From Clostridia bacterium (GTDB lineage: Bacteria; Bacillota; Clostridia; Christensenellales; CAG-138): DNA of 64,000 bases. The translations under genes and the position numbers were made by a program. Within the stretch, counting starts at the first letter, position 1. Every line of letters begins with the position of its first letter. Below are positions 55,951 to 64,000 of the stretch, piece after piece. The stretch covers positions 106,311 to 170,310 of the forward strand of contig JAFXZJ010000055.1 of the NCBI GenBank assembly GCA_017541305.1. Reading direction: 5' to 3'. The notes beneath the pieces are model-generated. The model ran no database searches. It was not told the origin of the DNA and worked only from the letters and a program-made list of their open reading frames with translations.

Positions 55951-55986
55951 ACCCTAAGAAAAATACATATTTCAAAGGAGCTAATC

Positions 55987-57561
55987 ATGAAAAACTATCT
56001 TGACGCAATGGGTATCACGGAGCTTTCCGCGATCTACCGCAACCTCACTCCCGCCGAGCTGACCGAAAGGGCGCTCGCCCGCGGCGAGGGCAAGCTGGCG
56101 AACAACGGCGCGCTCGTTATCAAGACGGGCAAGTACACTGGCAGGTCGCCTAACGACCGCTTCATAGTGGACACCCCCGATATCCACAACAAGGTGGATT
56201 GGGGCAAGATCAATATGCCCATAGAGCGTGCGAAGGCCGATTCCATTTACGGCAAGATGTGCGCCTATATGCAGAACCGCGAGGCTTTCGTTGTGGACGC
56301 CTTCGTCGGCGCCGACGATACTTACAGCCTTCCCATCCGTGTGGTGTGTGAAAACGCCGCCTCCGCTCTGTTCGCCACCCAGGCGTTCGTGCGCCCCACC
56401 AAGGAGCAGCTCGATAATTTCAAGCCCGAATTCACCGTGCTCTGCTGCCCCGGCTTCAAGTGCATCCCCGAGCGTGACGGCACCAATTCCGAAGCCGCTA
56501 TAATACTCGATTTCGAGTATCGCCGCGTCACCGTCGCCTGCTCCATGTATTCCGGCGAGATCAAGAAGGGCATGTTCTCCGTTATGAACTTCCTGATGCC
56601 CGAGCGCAGCGTGTTCCCCATGCACTGCTCCGCCAACGTCGGCAAGGAGGGCGACACTGCCATATTCTTCGGCCTTTCCGGCACCGGCAAGACCACCCTT
56701 TCCGCCGATCCCAACCGCTTCCTTATCGGCGACGACGAGCACGGCTGGTCGAACGACGGCGTGTTCAATTTCGAGGGCGGCTGCTATGCCAAGTGCATCA
56801 ACCTTTCCAAGGAGCACGAGCCCGAGATCTGGAACGCGATCCGCTTCGGCTCCCTTGTCGAGAACGTCATCATGGATGAGAACACCCGCGAGCTCGATTA
56901 TAACGATGGCTCCATCACCGAGAACACCCGCGTGGCTTACCCCGTGGATTACATCCCCAACGCGCTCATTCCCGGCGTAGCCGAGCATCCCAAGACGGTC
57001 ATATTCCTCACTGCCGATGCGTTCGGCGTGCTGCCTCCCATCGCAAAGCTCGATAAGGATATGGCAATGTATCACTTCGTCACCGGCTACACCGCAAAGC
57101 TGGCCGGCACCGAGCGCGGCATCAAGGAGCCCCAGGCCACCTTCTCCACACTGTTCGGCGCGCCCTTCTTCATCCGTCATCCCTCCGAGTATGCCGAGAT
57201 GCTGGGCAAGAGGATGGATGAGCATAACGCCAACGCGTTCCTTATCAACACCGGCTGGTCCGGCGGCCCCTATGGCGTCGGCTCCCGCATGAAGATCAAG
57301 TACACCCGCGCGATGGTCACCGCCGCCCTTACCGGCGCGCTCAGCGACGTCGAGTATGTGCTCCATCCCGTATTCAACGTGTGGGTTCCCAAGACCTGCC
57401 CCGAGGTGCCTGACGAGGTGCTCGATCCCAGGCAGATGTGGGCCGATAAGGAGGCCTATGACAAGGCCGCCAAGGAGCTCGCTCAGCTCTTCATCAACAA
57501 CTTCAAGAAGTACGGCAATATGCCGCAGAACATAATCGACGCCGGCCCCAAGGCCGACTGA
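55987..57561 (+). CDS. pckA: Phosphoenolpyruvate carboxykinase (ATP)
   Basis: Contains FFGLSGTGKTTLS, IGDDEHGW and GGCYAK. Confidence 0.95.
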   Translation: MKNYLDAMGITELSAIYRNLTPAELTERALARGEGKLANNGALVIKTGKYTGRSPNDRFIVDTPDIHNKVDWGKINMPIERAKADSIYGKMCAYMQNREAFVVDAFVGADDTYSLPIRVVCENAASALFATQAFVRPTKEQLDNFKPEFTVLCCPGFKCIPERDGTNSEAAIILDFEYRRVTVACSMYSGEIKKGMFSVMNFLMPERSVFPMHCSANVGKEGDTAIFFGLSGTGKTTLSADPNRFLIGDDEHGWSNDGVFNFEGGCYAKCINLSKEHEPEIWNAIRFGSLVENVIMDENTRELDYNDGSITENTRVAYPVDYIPNALIPGVAEHPKTVIFLTADAFGVLPPIAKLDKDMAMYHFVTGYTAKLAGTERGIKEPQATFSTLFGAPFFIRHPSEYAEMLGKRMDEHNANAFLINTGWSGGPYGVGSRMKIKYTRAMVTAALTGALSDVEYVLHPVFNVWVPKTCPEVPDEVLDPRQMWADKEAYDKAAKELAQLFINNFKKYGNMPQNIIDAGPKAD

Positions 57562-57576
57562 GCGATCTGAAAACCG

Positions 57577-57612
57577 AAAAAGGGATCTCCCCGCGCGGGA
57601 GGTCCCTTTTAG
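57577..57612. terminator. Bidirectional terminator between pckA and the convergent lipoprotein gene
   Basis: 11-bp stem AGGGATCTCCC-cgcgc-GGGAGGTCCCT, flanked by an A-run and TTTTAGTTTT. Confidence 0.8.
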
Positions 57613-57615
57613 TTT

Positions 57616-58986
57616 TCAGCCTTCGGGCATTTCGCATTCCACGGTATCGAACCCGACGACCTTCTCATTATCAAAATCGTAATCGAATCGCAGGGCGCCG
57701 TACTTTACCGCGCCCGTTTCGGGATCGCGCCAAAGCCCCTGAGCGCAGAGCAGGAAGCGTTCGCCGTCGATGACGGGTATGGGCGGCGCAAAATTGATAT
57801 CGGCCTTGACGCCGGCGCCGCTCAACAGGTCGGACTCGAATCTGTCATAGGCGGAATAGCTTAAAAAGTCGGACTTTTCAAGCTCGTCGGCGTGCTTCGA
57901 CTCAATATAGCCCCTTTCGGCAACTCCGTTCACGCAGGCGAGTATATAGCGGAAGCGCTTATCTTCGCGCCAATCGCCCTCCATGCGCTGCTCATACATT
58001 TCGATCAGCAGATCCTCCAGGGAATAAGCTTCTGTCTCGTAATAATAATCGGGATCGGTCATATAGGAAAGATATCGGTTCAGCGCAAGCAATTCGTTGT
58101 AATCCATGCCCGTGTCCTGCAGCACCTTGGCCGCAAGCACGGTGGAATCGGGCGAGAAGAACATAGCCTTGACGGCGTCGCTGCCGTATACGTATTCGAT
58201 ACCGATGAGGAAAGAGGCGATATCCGAATAGGACGTGACGCAGCCGGTGAAGTATTTGGCGGTAAAAAGCTCCGCGCCGGCCTCGCATATGAAATCGGAA
58301 TAGATCTTGACGGTGGGCGTGGTGCGCGATAACAGCCTGTCGCCGGCGGAAAGCGCTTCGTATTCCTCCTCGGTCAGTATCCTGCCCTGCAGTATGCGGC
58401 ATTCCTCGGGCTCCTCGCCGATGGAAGCGTCAAAGAAATGCATCAGCTCGTGATAGAGGGTGAAACAAAGCTCGCGCCGGTCTTCCTCGGTAACGAGTAT
58501 CACGTTTTCGTCGTCATAATAGAAGCCGGAATAGTAATCATCCGGGCCGATCTCGCGTATCACAAGCGATCCGAGCCGCGGGAAGAAGTATTCCTCGTCA
58601 AGGAATCCCGCGTTGTCGGCCAGCGCGGGGAAGGCGCGTATGACGAATTCTTTATATTTCCCCAGCAAAGGATTGCGGTCGATCGTGTCCATATAGCGCA
58701 GGAAGAGCGCGTATTCGCCGAAAAGCCTCTCCTCGCCTATGCCGTGCAGGGCAGCAAGCGATACGGCGCGCTCCCTTGCCTCGGCGTCGGTAACAGGCCC
58801 CACCGTCGGAAGGACGGTCGGCGCCGGCTTCGCAGAGGGCGCGGGGGTCTCCTCCGTCAGCGGAAAAGCGATCGTGCAGGTCGAAAAAGGCAGGCAGGAA
58901 AGCGGCAGTAAAGGCAGGCAGCCCGATGTGAACAGGGCGAAGAGTATGAGCGCCGCTATGCACGCGGCGGATCGGGATCTTTTCAT
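57616..58986 (-). CDS. Lipoprotein of unknown family with single HExxH motif (putative zinc metallopeptidase)
   Basis: Signal peptide with a lipobox (ALFTSGC) and a Pro-rich linker. The motif lies in FTLYHELMHFFD. No other recognisable domain. Confidence 0.6.
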   Translation of the reverse strand: MKRSRSAACIAALILFALFTSGCLPLLPLSCLPFSTCTIAFPLTEETPAPSAKPAPTVLPTVGPVTDAEARERAVSLAALHGIGEERLFGEYALFLRYMDTIDRNPLLGKYKEFVIRAFPALADNAGFLDEEYFFPRLGSLVIREIGPDDYYSGFYYDDENVILVTEEDRRELCFTLYHELMHFFDASIGEEPEECRILQGRILTEEEYEALSAGDRLLSRTTPTVKIYSDFICEAGAELFTAKYFTGCVTSYSDIASFLIGIEYVYGSDAVKAMFFSPDSTVLAAKVLQDTGMDYNELLALNRYLSYMTDPDYYYETEAYSLEDLLIEMYEQRMEGDWREDKRFRYILACVNGVAERGYIESKHADELEKSDFLSYSAYDRFESDLLSGAGVKADINFAPPIPVIDGERFLLCAQGLWRDPETGAVKYGALRFDYDFDNEKVVGFDTVECEMPEG

Positions 58987-59137
58987 GGGCGGACTCCTTT
59001 AACTTGACCTTTACGGATCATATTATAGCATCGTGTAAAACGGGTGTAAAGACGGGGCGAAAGGCGCTTCACGCCGCCTTCCATCATATAGACGCACGGG
59101 AAGGCCAAAAGCGGAAGCACAAATAAAATATATTATT

Positions 59138-59182
59138 GCGGCGCAGCTTCGCACGGTTCGATGCGTGCGGGCGCCGTCTTTT
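59138..59182 (+). terminator. Orphan plus-strand terminator-like bipartite hairpin immediately before the recF promoters
   Basis: CGGCGC..CGCACG-8 nt-CGTGCG.GCGCCG followed by TCTTTT. No plus-strand ORF lies upstream of it. Confidence 0.5.
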
Positions 59183-59245
59183 GACAAGACTTTCTACATT
59201 ATTATAATAAAACACCTTGCAAAAATGTGAAACATATGCTATAAT
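59181..59245 (+). promoter_or_regulatory. Two tandem near-consensus sigma-70-type promoters upstream of recF
   Basis: P1 is TTGACA (59181-59186)-16-TATAAT (59203-59208). P2 is TTGCAA (59217-59222)-17-TATAAT (59240-59245). Confidence 0.7.
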
Positions 59246-59282
59246 CATTATGTATAATTTTGAAAATTGGGGGTCTGTGACT

Positions 59283-60407
59283 TTGCGGATCAAGAAGCTC
59301 ATATTGAACGGCTTCAGGAGCTACCAAAGGGCGGAATTCGAGCCCGACAAGGGGCTGAATCTCCTTTACGGAGCGAACGCCGCGGGCAAAACGAACGTGC
59401 TTGAGGCGGTGTTCCTCTGCGCGCTCGGCCGCAGTCACAGGACGAGCAGGGATCCCGAGCTGATAGGGCATGGGCTTGCGGGGGCTTACGTCGGGCTGGA
59501 GCTTGAAACGCAAAGCGGCAATCGCGTGATCGAGATAAAGCTGCGCGCGGGCGACGACGTGAACCGGAATCCCCGGGATAAAAAGCAGGTGTTCATCGAC
59601 CGTCAGCGGGCCGAAAAGGCGGGCGAGCTGATGGGCGTGCTTAACGTGGTGATGTTCTCGCCGGAGGATCTGGCGCTGGTCAAGGCCTCGCCCGAGGTGC
59701 GCCGCCGGTTCATGGATATGGAGCTTTGCCAGCTGCGCCCCGCGTATTACCGCAAGGCGGCGATGTATAACGCCGCGCTCAGGCAGCGCAACGCGCTCAT
59801 CAAGGAGGCGTTTGCCGATCCAATCGATCCCGAAATGCTCGATATGTGGAACGCGCAGCTTGCGCGCACGGGCGCCGAGGTGATGCGCTCCCGCCGCCGG
59901 TTCATGGACGAGCTGTCAACCATCGCTTCCGATATGCACAGGCGCCTCACAGGCGGGCGTGAACAGCTTTTCACCTTCTATCAGCCCAACGTGCCGTTCG
60001 ATGAAAACGAGGCCGAATACGCCATTTACGAAGCGCTGGCGGCCTCCCGCGAGGAGGATATAAGGCGCGGCTTCACCTCGCGCGGGCCTCACAGGGACGA
60101 TATAGGCATAAAGCTCGGCGATACCGACGTTAAGGTCTATGGCTCGCAGGGGCAGCAGCGCACGGCGGCGCTGTCGCTGAAGCTTTCCGAGATCGCGCTG
60201 ATAAGGGAAGTGGTGGGCGAAAGCCCGGTGCTCCTGCTGGACGACGTGCTCTCCGAGCTCGATGACGACCGCCAGAGAGCGCTGATGGAATCCGCATTCG
60301 ACTGCCAGTGCCTGCTTACAGCCACGGGCGTGGAAAGCGCCGTTACAAGAAAGGGCGCGGCGGTATTCGAGGTGAAGGACGGCGCGATAATCCCCCGGAC
60401 GGAATGA
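59283..60407 (+). CDS. recF: DNA replication and repair protein RecF
   Basis: Start placed at TTG 59283 (LRIKKLILNGFRSY), 9 nt after GGGGG. Walker A GANAAGKTNVLEA, signature GSQGQQRT, Walker B LLLDDV. Confidence 0.92.
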   Translation: MRIKKLILNGFRSYQRAEFEPDKGLNLLYGANAAGKTNVLEAVFLCALGRSHRTSRDPELIGHGLAGAYVGLELETQSGNRVIEIKLRAGDDVNRNPRDKKQVFIDRQRAEKAGELMGVLNVVMFSPEDLALVKASPEVRRRFMDMELCQLRPAYYRKAAMYNAALRQRNALIKEAFADPIDPEMLDMWNAQLARTGAEVMRSRRRFMDELSTIASDMHRRLTGGREQLFTFYQPNVPFDENEAEYAIYEALAASREEDIRRGFTSRGPHRDDIGIKLGDTDVKVYGSQGQQRTAALSLKLSEIALIREVVGESPVLLLDDVLSELDDDRQRALMESAFDCQCLLTATGVESAVTRKGAAVFEVKDGAIIPRTE

Positions 60408-60416
60408 AAAGGAGAT

Positions 60417-60959
60417 ATGACCGTGTATCAAAAGCTTTTTGAGCTCAAGAGGAAGGATCAGCTCGTTTCGATCTATTATGACTCGCAGGACAGGGAAAAG
60501 TTCCTGTTCGGCACGATCGACGCGCTCGACGAATTTTTCGTGCTGCTGCGCGCCTATAACAACGTCGGCATGACGGCGGGGCTCTATATGCTGCCGCTCG
60601 ACGACGTGATAAGGGTGGAATACGGCGATCCGTATTCCGAAAGGATGAAGAAGCTTATAGGCAACGTGACAGGCGTGCCCAGCGGAGTGACCGAGCCGGT
60701 GCTGCTTTCGATGCTTGAGCACTGCGAGGCGAACGGAAGGGTGACGGCGTTCGAGCTTGACCGAAGCGGCAATGACGACGTTACGGGCGTTATCGAGTGC
60801 ATAGAACGCGATACCGTGACGGTAAGGCAGATCGATCTTTACGGCGCCGACGACGGCTTCACCTGCTTCAGGATAGAGGATATCACGTTCATCAAGCATG
60901 ATTCCGACGTGCTTTCCGCGCTGACCAAGCTTCGCGCTATGCGTTCGGACGGGAAATGA
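60417..60959 (+). CDS. Hypothetical protein, internally duplicated ~80-aa domain
   Basis: 180 aa with an AAAGGAG RBS. The two halves align: LVSIYYDSQDREKFLFGTIDALDEFFVLLRAY..LPLDDVIRVEY versus RVTAFELDRSGNDDVTGVIECIERDTVTVRQI..FRIEDITFIKH. Confidence 0.7.
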   Translation: MTVYQKLFELKRKDQLVSIYYDSQDREKFLFGTIDALDEFFVLLRAYNNVGMTAGLYMLPLDDVIRVEYGDPYSERMKKLIGNVTGVPSGVTEPVLLSMLEHCEANGRVTAFELDRSGNDDVTGVIECIERDTVTVRQIDLYGADDGFTCFRIEDITFIKHDSDVLSALTKLRAMRSDGK

Positions 60960-60995
60960 GCCCCATAACAGAATAAATAATTAAAAGGAATATAG

Positions 60996-62924
<1,929 letters not shown>

Positions 62925-62975
62925 GCCCAAGAAGCTTAGGGGGCATCCTGCGAGCTGTGCGCCGCGCCGCGACAG

Positions 62976-63031
62976 GCGCGGAACGCGATGAGTCAAGCAT
63001 AATTCACCGCTCCTGCGAGACATATCCGCAG
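62976..63031 (+). repeat. Copy B of the ~57-nt structured element (copy A at 6067..6124)
   Basis: GCGCGGAACGCGATGAGTCAAGCATAATTCACCGCTCCTGCGAGACATATCCGCAG, in the gyrB-gyrA spacer. Confidence 0.6.
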
Positions 63032-63109
63032 ATGGCAGCCGAACAAAGCGGGGTCAAAGGGATCGCCCGCTGATGATAATATGAAAAAGTATCTCAAAGG
63101 AGTTTGAGA

Positions 63110-64000
63110 ATGGAAGATAAGAAGAATAAGAGAAACCTTGAAATGCTCGGCACCAACGAGCTTCCCACCGATATCGAGGGCGGGCGCATACTGCCCATAA
63201 ATCTTGTGGGCGAGATGAAGCGCAGCTTCATTTCATACGCGATGGCGGTCATTATCAGCCGCGCGCTGCCCGACGTGCGCGACGGCTTAAAGCCCGTGCA
63301 CAGGCGCATACTCTATGCGATGGACGAATTGGGCATGCAGCCCGACAAGCCCTTCAGAAAATGCGCAAGGCTGGTCGGCGACGTGCTGGGCAAATACCAC
63401 CCCCACGGCGATTCATCCGTCTATGACGCAACGGTGCGCCTTGCACAGCCCTTTTCCACGCGCTATCCGCTTGTGGAAGGCCACGGCAATTTCGGCTCCG
63501 TCGACGGCGATCCCGCGGCGGCCATGCGATACACCGAGTGCAGGATGAGCAGGCTTGCAACGGAGATGCTTTCGGATATCGACAAGAACACGGTCGATTT
63601 TTATCCCAACTTCGATGAAACGCTGATGCAGCCTTCCGTGCTGCCCTCGCGCTATCCGAACCTTTTGGTCAACGGCTCCAACGGCATAGCGGTCGGCATG
63701 GCAACAAATATCCCTCCCCATAATCTGGGCGAGACGATCGACGCCGTCGTTGCGATGATCGACGATCCCGAGATCTCGATCGACGAGCTTATGAATTACG
63801 TTCCCGGGCCCGACTTCCCCACGGGCGGCGTGATAATGGGCGACGCCGGCATACGCCATGCGTATTTCACGGGCCGCGGCCGCATAATCGTGCGCGCAAA
63901 GACCGAGATAGAGCCCATGAAGAACGATAAATCCCGCATCGTCGTGACCGAGATACCCTACATGGTCAACAAGGCAAGGCTGGTCGAAAAGATCGCCGAG
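63110..64000 (+). CDS. gyrA: DNA gyrase subunit A (5-prime part, continues beyond the window)
   Basis: Edge-truncated, so not in the track. ATG 63110 behind AAAGGAG. Contains [50 protein letters not shown] and AAMRYTE. Confidence 0.95.
   Translation, partial: MEDKKNKRNLEMLGTNELPTDIEGGRILPINLVGEMKRSFISYAMAVIISRALPDVRDGLKPVHRRILYAMDELGMQPDKPFRKCARLVGDVLGKYHPHGDSSVYDATVRLAQPFSTRYPLVEGHGNFGSVDGDPAAAMRYTECRMSRLATEMLSDIDKNTVDFYPNFDETLMQPSVLPSRYPNLLVNGSNGIAVGMATNIPPHNLGETIDAVVAMIDDPEISIDELMNYVPGPDFPTGGVIMGDAGIRHAYFTGRGRIIVRAKTEIEPMKNDKSRIVVTEIPYMVNKARLVEKIAE

Noticed and set aside
55087-57366. Minus-strand ORFs 55087..55944 and 55981..57366 (285 and 461 aa).
   Set aside because: They are antisense to degV and pckA.
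59138-59182. tRNA-like reading of the hairpin (GGTTCGAT T-loop-like sequence and GC-rich acceptor-like stem).
   Set aside because: No D-arm or anticodon arm is present. The stem geometry (8-nt loop, 5-nt internal linker) does not fit a tRNA, and it is better explained as a terminator-type hairpin.
59227-59236. A third parS site near recF (ATGTGAAACAT).
   Set aside because: Only a half-site is present. The other arm of the palindrome is missing.

Overview
High-GC (roughly 60% by eye) chromosomal segment from a Gram-positive, spore-forming, Clostridia-like organism. It spans the neighbourhood of the replication origin. The left ~34 kb carries mostly minus-strand housekeeping genes: the glycine-cleavage operon gcvT-H-PA-PB, two tandem M32 carboxypeptidases, rplJ-rplL, an M29 aminopeptidase, argF, a BMP lipoprotein, an orphan histidine kinase, pepV, yitT and uppP. 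Plus-strand spore and surface genes are interspersed: cotH, spoIID, an ABC ATPase/permease pair, a lipoprotein-MATE-CapA-GNAT cluster and a dockerin protein. The right ~30 kb is almost entirely plus-strand. It starts with a 784-aa coiled-coil/alpha-beta-hydrolase fusion, then dnaN with no dnaA in front, then rpmG-secE-nusG-rplK-rplA. These are followed directly by rpmH-rnpA-yidD-yidC-jag-mnmE-mnmG-rsmG-noc-(2x parS)-soj-spo0J. Next come a TrmN6-like methyltransferase, rsmI, spmA/spmB, a ComB-like gene, a phosphoesterase, degV, pckA, one minus-strand HExxH lipoprotein, recF, an unknown gene, gyrB and the 5-prime part of gyrA. I saw no rRNA, tRNA, CRISPR array, transposase, integrase or recognisable defence genes. 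The most notable points are: (1) non-canonical origin synteny, with dnaA missing and its slot held by a coiled-coil serine-hydrolase gene in a lower-GC stretch; (2) a protein made of ten tandem zinc ribbons, divergent from a lipoprotein-type cotH and next to a tiny CGC-motif membrane protein; (3) a ~57-nt structured element present twice with a compensatory stem change; (4) several unexplained structured leaders and an orphan terminator. Many long ORFs in the track are antisense artefacts of the high GC content and are rejected.
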